From Haloquadratum walsbyi C23 (GTDB lineage Archaea > Halobacteriota > Halobacteria > Halobacteriales > Haloferacaceae), in the NCBI RefSeq assembly GCF_000237865.1, contig NC_017459.1, positions 2,280,001 through 2,312,000 on the forward strand: 32,000 nt of DNA. The letters are read 5' to 3'. Position numbers and translations under genes: made by a program. The notes beneath the pieces were generated by a model, which saw only the letters and a program-made list of their open reading frames with translations, was not told the DNA's origin and did not search any database. Position 1 is the stretch's first letter. Each line of letters opens with the position of its first letter. Positions 17,921 to 26,356 of the stretch are shown here, one piece after another.

Positions 17921-19681
17921 TCATGCGTGTGTCCAGTAGACGGTCATATCGGTATCCAGTGATTGCTCGTCTTTGGTATCGATACGAGCAAATCCAACGC
18001 GTTCAAACTGGACAATATCGTCAATTTCAGCATCGGTCAGATCAGGTTCAGCAATCCCAGTGATATCACCGTCTGGCGTCCGCATCCGGACCGAAATCGA
18101 TGCTGATGATTCAGGGGTAGGTGCCCAATGGATCACATCGACATCTCCCTCCCGTACCACCTCAATCCCATCATTGGTTGTCCTGAAGTGATTATCATCA
18201 CGTCGGACGCAGGCATAGCCCTTCAGCCAGACACGGTCTCCATCCGCTGGAACGTCCGCGGGCTCAATTGTGATTCCATCAGTGACCGGCACCATTCGTT
18301 CGCCGCGTTCAGGATTATCTGGGTGGAGCGGGGGATGTCCGGCTATCGTGTCTTCTGATGCTGTCTCAAGTGTGAACGTTTCACCGTTGCGAACAAAGAA
18401 ATACCGGTCTGCCTTGGCGTCGATATGTTGTCGATTATTCGAATATATCGAACTCATCGATAACTCAACATTTGTTGTCGATGTTCCAAGGTTTATCATC
18501 GCCTCAACAATTGCGTCTCCTTTGATCCCGCGACAGCGAAGACTCTGTAATGTTGGTGCACGCGGGTCATCCCATCCGTCCAATTCGCCTGTCTCGATTT
18601 TCTCGGTGAGTGTCGATGTTGACAGTGAAACATCATATTCATCAACATTGATATGTCCCCAATGAACGACTTCAGGATACTCCCAGTCAAAATAGTCATA
18701 TACAAATCGCTGTCGTTTTGCGGAGTCTTGTAGATCAATTCCACGAATAATGTGTGTAACACCCGTTTCATGATCATCAATTCCGGATTGAAAATCAAGC
18801 ATCGGCCAACAGCGGTAATCGGCTGCTTGCGGTCGAGGATGGGGTGTGTCAATTAACCGAAACGCCACCCAATCGCGAAGTGCAGGATTTTTGTGTTCGA
18901 TATCGGTTCGAACACGCAATACCATTTCACCAGCAGAATACTCATTATGAATCATCGCCTCAAATTCAGTCTGTGTCTGATCAACAGATTTCTCGCGATG
19001 TGGGCATGCCTCGCCAGCATTTTTTAATTTTGAAAAGTGCTCACCTGAGCATGAACATGTGTACGCTCCGCCAGCATCAATCAACTCTCGTGCGCGTGCA
19101 TAATATAGTTCAAGCCGGTCAGATGCACGGATAACATCATCCGGTTCGAATCCAAGATATGCGACATCTTCAAGAATATCGTCGTAGGCATCAAGATCTG
19201 GGCGTTTCGTCTCAGGGTCGGTATCGTCAAATCGGATGATGAATGATCCATCATATCGATTGCTGTATGTTCCAATGACCGCTGGCATTCGGGCATGACC
19301 AATATGCCATGGACCATTTGGATTTGGTGCTGCTCGCATCCGAACCGATTGAGTGGGTTCGTCATCGCTGACGCCTGGAAGTGACGGAAGGTCATATGTG
19401 TCGGTGGTATCCTCAGACTCGATATCAGTGAGGGCTTCTGGAGCGATTGTCTCAAGTCGACTGCGGCGTTCATCCACTGAAAGATCATTAATCTGAGAGA
19501 CAACACCGCTAACAATTCCAGGAATCGCATCGCCATGTGGACGGAATTCTGGATTCTCGCCCATGAGCGGACCCATTATTGCTCCGACTTCGGCGTCGCT
19601 CTCGTGTTTGACTGCATTGAGAAGTGCATGCTTTTTCGCAGACCGTTTAATTCGGTCGCGTAACTCGTCGTCAATAGTCAT
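17921..19681 (-). CDS. gltX: glutamyl-tRNA synthetase (archaeal type)
   Basis: 586 aa. Class I HIGH motif (PNPNGPWHIGHARM). Archaeal/eukaryal GluRS architecture and length. Confidence 0.9.
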   Translation of the reverse strand: MTIDDELRDRIKRSAKKHALLNAVKHESDAEVGAIMGPLMGENPEFRPHGDAIPGIVSGVVSQINDLSVDERRSRLETIAPEALTDIESEDTTDTYDLPSLPGVSDDEPTQSVRMRAAPNPNGPWHIGHARMPAVIGTYSNRYDGSFIIRFDDTDPETKRPDLDAYDDILEDVAYLGFEPDDVIRASDRLELYYARARELIDAGGAYTCSCSGEHFSKLKNAGEACPHREKSVDQTQTEFEAMIHNEYSAGEMVLRVRTDIEHKNPALRDWVAFRLIDTPHPRPQAADYRCWPMLDFQSGIDDHETGVTHIIRGIDLQDSAKRQRFVYDYFDWEYPEVVHWGHINVDEYDVSLSTSTLTEKIETGELDGWDDPRAPTLQSLRCRGIKGDAIVEAMINLGTSTTNVELSMSSIYSNNRQHIDAKADRYFFVRNGETFTLETASEDTIAGHPPLHPDNPERGERMVPVTDGITIEPADVPADGDRVWLKGYACVRRDDNHFRTTNDGIEVVREGDVDVIHWAPTPESSASISVRMRTPDGDITGIAEPDLTDAEIDDIVQFERVGFARIDTKDEQSLDTDMTVYWTHA

Positions 19682-19841
19682 TATATTTCACTCGAATCTC
19701 CCCAGTAAAAACAAACGCGGATTATGAGATAGACGATAGTATCAGTATGAATGTGTGAGCCGAACTGGACACAAACGGAGTGAGTACCGTGCGTAAACTC
19801 CCCTTGCCCTCCCCGCCCGTGCTGCTCGCTTGGTGAGGACG

Positions 19842-19870
19842 CAAAGTCAAAGTCAAAGTCAAAGTCAAAG
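19842..19870. repeat. hexanucleotide microsatellite (CAAAGT) x4 plus a partial fifth unit
   Basis: Perfect copies at 19842-19865, then CAAAG. Non-coding, about 160 nt upstream of the gltX start and inside a GC-rich patch. Confidence 0.95.
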
Positions 19871-20084
19871 CGAAGGCGGTCAGGAGAGGAAAGCGTTACA
19901 GAAGTCCGAGGAGTTCAGGATGGCGAAGACGGTAAGCCCGCAAACTGTCAGAAGTCGTGTTCGACAACATCACGTTGTGTCTTACAATCTGGATATCACT
20001 CATGATGTCTAATGACGGTCATAGCCGCAATCAAGAGCAGATTCAAAAAGATGAGAAACAAAAAGCCGAGTGAGCGGTTTGATT

Positions 20085-21131
20085 TTAGTATCCTCGTGTA
20101 ATTAGATAATCAGCAATATCACATAAAAGCGAGCGCGCATCATTATCTGGAAGTACCTCAAGATGGTTTTTCGCCCGCTCAACCAGATCTGTTGCGGTGT
20201 TACTCGCATATTCAATTGAACCAGCCTCATCGAGTGTTGCGACGGCATTTTCAACGGCTGCTTCCGAGACAGCATCAATATCAGTCGATTCAAGTAGCGA
20301 TTCAACATCAATGCCTTGCTGGCGTGCATGAAGCGTAATTAGTGTCTCTTTATTCTCAATCAGATCTGACCCACGTTGCTTGCCCAATTGCTCAGAGGGA
20401 ACAGTAAGATCTAGTACATCATCTTGAATCTGAAATGCTCGACCGGCATCAATACCATATTGATACAATGCATCGACAACATCCGCGTCTGCATCCAATA
20501 ACAATGCTGTTGTTGAGGTTGCAGCGCCATACAGCACAGCCGTTTTGAGTTCAACCATTTCAAGATACTCTTCAGGAAGAACCGCATCACGATGTTCAAA
20601 CTCAACATCAAGTGCTTGACCCTCACAGATTTGTGTGCATGTTGTTGCAAGCCGACTCACAGCAGCAACACCGTTTGCTGGATCTGCACCAGTATTTGAG
20701 AGCAACTCAAATGCCTTTGCATAAAGCGTATCGCCAGCAAGAATTGCCGTCTCGGTGTCATACTCGCGATGGACTGCGGGAACACCGCGACGGAGGTCAT
20801 CATCATCCATAATATCATCATGGATCAATGTAAATGATTGAATGACCTCGATACTCGTTGCTGCGGACATGACATCAACTTCACTCCCATCAAGTGCAGG
20901 GAATGACCGATAATCGGCTGTCAGTGGGTCAACATCAGCAAGCGATTCGGCAGTCAGTAATGCCACAGTCGGACGAAGACGCTTCCCGCCAGCCTCAAGC
21001 AAATACCGCGTTGCTTCATAGAGTCGTTCGGGTGACTGCATCGGGACATCCGTGTCCAAGGCATCGTTGACGAGCGTCCGGCGTGCACGCACAGCCTCGA
21101 GCACCCGTTTCTCCGTCGCGTCCGAACTCAT
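20085..21131 (-). CDS. idsA: short-chain (farnesyl/geranylgeranyl) diphosphate synthase
   Basis: Polyprenyl synthase Asp-rich motifs LIHDDIMDDDDLRRG and FQIQDDVLD. Start placed at ATG 21131 (MSSDATEKR), 1 nt after the rnj stop. Confidence 0.85.
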   Translation of the reverse strand: MSSDATEKRVLEAVRARRTLVNDALDTDVPMQSPERLYEATRYLLEAGGKRLRPTVALLTAESLADVDPLTADYRSFPALDGSEVDVMSAATSIEVIQSFTLIHDDIMDDDDLRRGVPAVHREYDTETAILAGDTLYAKAFELLSNTGADPANGVAAVSRLATTCTQICEGQALDVEFEHRDAVLPEEYLEMVELKTAVLYGAATSTTALLLDADADVVDALYQYGIDAGRAFQIQDDVLDLTVPSEQLGKQRGSDLIENKETLITLHARQQGIDVESLLESTDIDAVSEAAVENAVATLDEAGSIEYASNTATDLVERAKNHLEVLPDNDARSLLCDIADYLITRGY

Positions 21132-21132
21132 T

Positions 21133-22485
21133 TTACCCCACCAGCTGAACAATATTGCCGTTACGCGTCACATGGAGGTCGCGACCGAGTGCATATCCCT
21201 GTGACTCAGCGAGGTCAACATATGGCGACAGCCCCTCAAGATTTTGATGAGCTGGGATGATATGCTGTGGCTGAAGCGCATCAAGCATCTGATAATGTCC
21301 TTCCTCGCGTAGATGACCTGAGACGTGGATTTCATCATAAATTCGCGCACCCTGCATCTTTAGAAGGCGTTCAGATTGATAGCGCTGACCTTCATTCGTT
21401 GGTTCAGGAATCACTCGTGCAGAGAAAATAACCTTATCACCATTTTCAAGCTCAAATGGCGTTTCACCACGTCCCATTCGTGTAAGCATTGCTCGAGGCT
21501 CACCTTGATGACCGGTTACGATTGGGAGATAATTCTCTTTGCCTTCTTTCATGATGCGTTTAAATGTCCGATCAACAGACTTTCGATGACCATACATTCC
21601 AACATCATCTGGAAGGTCAACAAATCCAAGTCGTTCTGCAGCTCCAGAGTATTTTTCCATCGACCGACCGAGAAGTACGGGCTGTCGGTCAATATCTTTT
21701 GCAAATTCGACAAGCGATGAGACACGAGACACATGTGATGAGAACGTCGTTGCAACGATTCCGCCATCATAATCTTCGATTGATCTGATTGTGTCCTCAA
21801 GATGAGACCGAGCATGTGACTCAGACGGAGTGCGTCCCTTTCGACCCGCGTTCGTACAATCCTCAATATAACAAAGAACACCATTATCCTCACGTCCAAT
21901 CTCGCGGAACCGTTTCATATCTATAGGATCCTCTAAGACTGGTGAGTGATCGATGCGTTTATCAAGACCATAGACAATGGCTCCCTCAGGTGTGTGAATG
22001 ACTGGATTGATCGCATCAATAATCGAATGTGTGACATGAACAAATTCAAGTTCAACATTCCCACTCTCACCAATCGACATTGCTTCGCCTGCGGACATTT
22101 TCAGCAGGTCATTATTAACATTAAATTTATTTTCACTGTCAATTTGTTGTTTTACTAACTCGATCGTGAATGGTGAGCCGACAATTGGAGCGTCATATCG
22201 ATGGGCAAGCTTTGAAAGCGCGCCAATATGGTCAAGATGACCATGAGTTGGGACGATTGCTTGCACATCACCCTCAAGATCGGACATAATCCGATCATCT
22301 GGAATTGCGCCCATGTCAATTAGATCAAGACTATGCATCGTTTCGGTCTCCACATTATCGTGGATGAGGACCTGACTAAGATTCAGCCCCATATCAAAGA
22401 TGACGATATCGTCGCCTGTTCGGACAGCCGTCATCTGTCGACCGACTTCTTCATATCCGCCGATTGTTGCAATTTCGATTTCCAT
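21133..22485 (-). CDS. rnj: ribonuclease J (metallo-beta-lactamase / beta-CASP)
   Basis: 450 aa. N-terminus [24 protein letters not shown] motif THGHLDHIG, and the length is typical of archaeal RNase J. Confidence 0.85.
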   Translation of the reverse strand: MEIEIATIGGYEEVGRQMTAVRTGDDIVIFDMGLNLSQVLIHDNVETETMHSLDLIDMGAIPDDRIMSDLEGDVQAIVPTHGHLDHIGALSKLAHRYDAPIVGSPFTIELVKQQIDSENKFNVNNDLLKMSAGEAMSIGESGNVELEFVHVTHSIIDAINPVIHTPEGAIVYGLDKRIDHSPVLEDPIDMKRFREIGREDNGVLCYIEDCTNAGRKGRTPSESHARSHLEDTIRSIEDYDGGIVATTFSSHVSRVSSLVEFAKDIDRQPVLLGRSMEKYSGAAERLGFVDLPDDVGMYGHRKSVDRTFKRIMKEGKENYLPIVTGHQGEPRAMLTRMGRGETPFELENGDKVIFSARVIPEPTNEGQRYQSERLLKMQGARIYDEIHVSGHLREEGHYQMLDALQPQHIIPAHQNLEGLSPYVDLAESQGYALGRDLHVTRNGNIVQLVG

Positions 22486-22567
22486 AATTGAATCCGAGCA
22501 TCGAAAGCCACTATTGTGGCGAAAGTGCTCACTGAAATGCTCCCGTCTTCGTTATCGTCTAATTATC

Positions 22568-22617
22568 TGTTCGTGTTCGTATTTGTGTTCATACTCGTAC
22601 TCATACTCGTGGTCGTG
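22568..22617. repeat. imperfect hexanucleotide tandem repeat (about 8 units)
   Basis: TGTTCG TGTTCG TATTTG TGTTCA TACTCG TACTCA TACTCG TGGTCG. Non-coding, 85-130 nt upstream of the rnj start. Confidence 0.85.
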
Positions 22618-22839
22618 ATTATAATCTGCAGCAGTATATTCAGTATACCACATGTTCCATCTCGATGATAATCGAAGATAGCCCACTGGTCTGCAGTGGC
22701 AGGATCAAATACGGACATGTGTTGATATGAAGTCATCCGAAGCATATGCATGAGTTTGACAACTGATGGTTCATCTCGACACTACACGCCACGCGATACT
22801 GTGATACTGCATTACGGCACGATGTGGGATCGATCGGCC

Positions 22840-22910
22840 CCGGCGTCTTACAGCACGTTGGTCGTCGGTCCCGCGTGCACTAAACCGTTCTAGCGCACTT
22901 ACCCGCGGGA
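22840..22910. other. two adjacent GC-rich stem-loops (candidate sRNA or regulatory structure)
   Basis: Hairpin 1 pairs 22840-22845 CCGGCG with 22863-22868 CGTCGG (one G-T). Hairpin 2 pairs 22869-22875 TCCCGCG with 22904-22910 CGCGGGA, plus an inner 3 bp. Both lie in a GC-rich patch (about 22790-22920) of a 580-bp AT-rich divergent spacer. Confidence 0.35.
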
Positions 22911-23039
22911 GCGTTGGTAGTAGTATATATTTGACCACATGGTAAAAACTACGTGGGTCAACTCCACTGTTAATATTGAATATACTACGACATAGCTAAT
23001 TAATATGTATATATAAGACGCTCAGGTTCCTTCGGCACA

Positions 23040-23047
23040 TTTATTAT
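23040..23047 (+). promoter_or_regulatory. TATA box for lsm-rpl37e (leaderless)
   Basis: TTTATTAT centred about 25 nt upstream of ATG 23069. Confidence 0.4.
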
Positions 23048-23068
23048 CGATACTGAACGGCATCAGGT

Positions 23069-23302
23069 ATGAGCGGACGACCTCTTGACGTTCTTGAAGC
23101 TGCGCTTGATGATACTGTCACTATCACACTTAAAGACGGAAGTGCTTATTATGGCACACTTGCGGGATATGATCAGCATATGAACGCTGTGCTTGACCCG
23201 GCGATGGCGTCTGAGACTGTGGATCCCGGTGCGTTAGATGTCACAGAAGTTGAAGACACAACGATTATACGCGGCGATAACATCGTTACAATTAACGTAT
23301 GA
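23069..23302 (+). CDS. lsm: Sm-like archaeal protein (Lsm / SmAP1)
   Basis: 77 aa. Sm1/Sm2 motifs ([26 protein letters not shown] ... [10 protein letters not shown]). Confidence 0.88.
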   Translation: MSGRPLDVLEAALDDTVTITLKDGSAYYGTLAGYDQHMNAVLDPAMASETVDPGALDVTEVEDTTIIRGDNIVTINV

Positions 23303-23475
23303 CTGGTGCTGGTACTCCAAGTCAAGGGAAGAAAAACACGACAACGCATGTGAAGTGTCGTCGATGTGGGGAGAAATCCTACCATACTAAAAAGAAGGTC
23401 TGCTCGTCCTGTGGCTTTGGGAAATCCGCAAAACGACGTGATTATGAGTGGAGTTCAAAGACTGGCGATAACTGA
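23299..23475 (+). CDS. rpl37e: 50S ribosomal protein L37e
   Basis: Not in the ORF track (58 aa). Hand translation gives [58 protein letters not shown], with the C4 zinc motif CRRC...CSSC. Its ATG overlaps the lsm stop (ATGA at 23299-23302). Confidence 0.9.
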   Translation: MTGAGTPSQGKKNTTTHVKCRRCGEKSYHTKKKVCSSCGFGKSAKRRDYEWSSKTGDN

Positions 23476-23480
23476 ATACA

Positions 23481-23487
23481 CTTTTTC
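23481..23487 (+). terminator. oligo-T terminator candidate after rpl37e
   Basis: CTTTTTC begins 6 nt after the rpl37e stop. Archaeal termination commonly uses T-tracts. Confidence 0.4.
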
Positions 23488-24151
23488 TGTGACGCCTTCA
23501 AAGGACATTCAATAACTAACTGAGAGGTTGAATATGTATACTCTCCTAATAAGTAGAGAAATCTATTTGTAATTATACTGAAATAATTTGATGTGCCGTC
23601 ATCCCTGATCGTATCTGGAGATCAAATTCGGGGATATTGGGAATATGCTGAACTACTCATTGGATTGAGGTAGGCGTCCACATCCCAGCTCATCGGGTAC
23701 GATTCGATGATTAAAACTCGAATCAATATCATGCCATATTGTATTTGCCGCTAGTCTCATAATCGGATGAGTATTGACATCCTCCCGGCGCGAAAACGCG
23801 AGGATTCCAAGCTCAGTGGGTTATGTCATCGACTGTTGGATTCGTCCCCACAGCGGGGTCTTCTTCTTATACTTCCGTAAATTGACTTTTTTGAACGGTA
23901 CACCTATTGCCGAGATACATGATATGCGTACATGGACGATTCAAGAGCAGACAGAGACGCCGAATGTGTATGCCGTTGTGGTCTGTACCATATCGAAGAT
24001 GAAAGTCGATTACACCATCGTGACTCATCATATCCCTGGTATATTCAATTGAATCATGAATAAACCACGCTATAATACTGATTGACTATACATATGCATG
24101 ATCATGCATATATTATCCTCATCTGATGGTCGAAGACAGCATATGAACGGG

Positions 24152-24158
24152 TTTTTAG
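24152..24158 (+). promoter_or_regulatory. TATA-like box for purF (leaderless)
   Basis: TTTTTAG centred about 28 nt upstream of ATG 24183. Confidence 0.4.
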
Positions 24159-24182
24159 CCCCTAGCGATTGTACAATTATGT

Positions 24183-26168
24183 ATGTCTGACGGGCGGGAC
24201 GTGACCCCCACACCCGGACGTGCGATAGAGTCAGGAACGGAATCGAAATCCGAAACAAAACCGGACGCTAATCCAGACGCGGAGACAGGCGGAGACGCAG
24301 ACGCAGGCGCAGACGCAGGCGCACATAAAACCAAAGAACTAGATTCTGAAGTACTATCTCAACTATCAGCAGATCGTGACGATATTAGTACAGACGATAA
24401 GATTGAGACTAAGACTGAGATTAAGACTAAAATTAAGACTGGGAATGAAAGTGATCATAATGCGGATAATAACCACAGCAATGCAATCGATCAAACGACC
24501 GATCTAAAATCAGCATCATCACTTAATTCGGGGACGTCAGTCCCGATTTCACAACCGTCGAAAATTAGCTCTTCAGAAGATAAGCAACAAACACAGAGAC
24601 AGACAAATTCGGGGTCCGGACCAACCGAGAAATGTGGTGTTGTTGGTGTTGCACTCACGGACCGTCGTGCTGCACGACCCCTATATTACTCATTATACGC
24701 GTTACAACACCGTGGACAGGAGTCTGCAGGGATTGTCACGCACGATGGATTCCAACAACACAGCCACGTAGAGATGGGGCTCGTCGGTGATGCGTTTGAT
24801 GAGTCAGATCTCAACACGCTCGCAGGCGGAACGGGGATTGGGCATGTTCGGTATCCAACCTCTGGCGGTGTCAACGCCTGTTGTGCACAGCCATTTTCTG
24901 TTTCATTCAAATCTGGCTCGCTTGGGCTTTCGCATAATGGGAATCTTGTTAATGCGGATGAGATTCGCGATGAACTCGAGTCACTCGGTCACGCATTTAC
25001 CTCAGATGGTGATACCGAGGTCATTGCGCACGAACTTGCTCGCAACCTGCTTGAGGCAGATCTCGTTCGTGCTGTCAAGCAAACCATGGAGCGAATTCAC
25101 GGGTCATATGCACTGACTATTATGCATGATGAGACTGTGCTTGCTGTCCGTGACCCCGAAGGGAACCGCCCGCTTTGTATTGGTGAGGTTGAGGATGGAT
25201 ATGTTGTTGCCTCAGAGTCTGCTGCGATTGACACGCTTGATGGTGAGCTTGTTAGGGATGTCCGACCGGGCGAGCTTGTTGTACTTGATGCTGACGGCTC
25301 TGGATTTGAGTCATATCAACTCACTGATCGTCAAAATACGGCACACTGCTTCTTTGAGCATGTTTATTTTGCCCGACCAGATTCAGTAATCAATGAGACA
25401 CTTGTGTATGAAGCGCGACGGAATCTTGGTCGAAAACTATGGGCTGAACAAGGAGTTGAGACAGACGTTGTTATGCCTGTCCCCGATTCAGGTCGTGCGT
25501 TTGCCTCAGGATATGCCGATGCGGCGAATGAAACGACTGCTGATGGTGATATTCGAGAGACAACCAGTACAAATGACGATGCGATTGAGTTTGCTGAGGG
25601 ATTAATGAAAAATCGGTATGTCGGTCGGACATTTATTATGCCAACGCAGGATGAGCGTGAACGCGCTGTCCGGCTAAAGCTGAATCCAATCAAAAGCACT
25701 GTTGAAGGTCGATCAGTGACAATTATCGATGATAGTATCGTCCGAGGAACAACATCACGGCAACTTGTTCAACTTCTCCGCGATGCTGGTGCGTCTGAGG
25801 TCCATGTTCGGATTGGCGCTCCACAGATTATTGCTCCCTGTTATATGGGAATTGATATGGCCTCACGTGATGAACTCATTGCTGCTGATAAATCGACTGA
25901 GGAGATTCGCGCAGAAATTGATGCTGACAGCTTGGGATATCTCTCTGTTGATGCGGTTGCAGACGTGCTTGGTGAACATCGCTCGGATCTTTGTCTTGGA
26001 TGTGTCACAGGCTCATATCCATACGATATTGATAATGAGGATAGTGACCGCGATGTCACGCGACCAGTCATCGCTGGACCCGATACAGGGGCAGACGCAA
26101 CAAATCAAGGAAATGAATCAAAACAGGAAACTGCATCCGATGGTGAGCCAGCGCGCGCTGATGATTAA
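24183..26168 (+). CDS. purF: amidophosphoribosyltransferase (PurF, [4Fe-4S] B. subtilis type) with a long N-terminal extension
   Basis: 661 aa. The Ntn nucleophile context EK-CGVVGV has its Cys at codon 151 (24633-24635). PRTase motif VTIIDDSIVRGTT. Cluster Cys candidates in CFFEHVYF, APCYMG and CLGCVTG. Low-complexity acidic N- and C-terminal tails. Confidence 0.9.
   Translation: MSDGRDVTPTPGRAIESGTESKSETKPDANPDAETGGDADAGADAGAHKTKELDSEVLSQLSADRDDISTDDKIETKTEIKTKIKTGNESDHNADNNHSNAIDQTTDLKSASSLNSGTSVPISQPSKISSSEDKQQTQRQTNSGSGPTEKCGVVGVALTDRRAARPLYYSLYALQHRGQESAGIVTHDGFQQHSHVEMGLVGDAFDESDLNTLAGGTGIGHVRYPTSGGVNACCAQPFSVSFKSGSLGLSHNGNLVNADEIRDELESLGHAFTSDGDTEVIAHELARNLLEADLVRAVKQTMERIHGSYALTIMHDETVLAVRDPEGNRPLCIGEVEDGYVVASESAAIDTLDGELVRDVRPGELVVLDADGSGFESYQLTDRQNTAHCFFEHVYFARPDSVINETLVYEARRNLGRKLWAEQGVETDVVMPVPDSGRAFASGYADAANETTADGDIRETTSTNDDAIEFAEGLMKNRYVGRTFIMPTQDERERAVRLKLNPIKSTVEGRSVTIIDDSIVRGTTSRQLVQLLRDAGASEVHVRIGAPQIIAPCYMGIDMASRDELIAADKSTEEIRAEIDADSLGYLSVDAVADVLGEHRSDLCLGCVTGSYPYDIDNEDSDRDVTRPVIAGPDTGADATNQGNESKQETASDGEPARADD
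24294..24323 (+). repeat. coding tandem repeat GACGCA + 2 x GACGCAGGCGCA
   Basis: Encodes DADAGADAGA within the PurF extension. Confidence 0.9.
24401..24440 (+). repeat. coding tandem repeat built on ATTAAGACT / AAGACT units
   Basis: GATTGAGACT AAGACT GAGATTAAGACT AAAATTAAGACT, encoding IETKTEIKTKIKT within the PurF extension. Confidence 0.85.
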
Positions 26169-26356
26169 TAAATAACAGATGCATGAGTTATTTCGTATTC
26201 TTCGATAGAAATAGACTCATACATACTATGATGAATTCTTTCGTATCGGAAATTGGACTATATTATATCATTAATCTGTAATTTAACAGGCTGAAAGAGG
26301 AGTCCTCAAGGAGCGACCGAGCGCACCGCATGAGGGAGCGAGTAGGGTGAAATAGT

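Noticed and set aside
19142-19152. Perfect T-loop-like GGTTCGAATCC
   Set aside because: It lies inside the gltX coding region. The flanks cannot form a T stem or acceptor stem, so this is a chance occurrence.
19830-20012. 60-aa ORF containing SQSQSQSQ
   Set aside because: It is an artefact of translating the CAAAGT microsatellite, with a TTG start and a basic product.
23774-24052. 92-aa ORF in the rpl37e-purF gap
   Set aside because: It has a TTG start and a non-acidic, Cys/Trp/Phe-rich product, with no recognisable motif.
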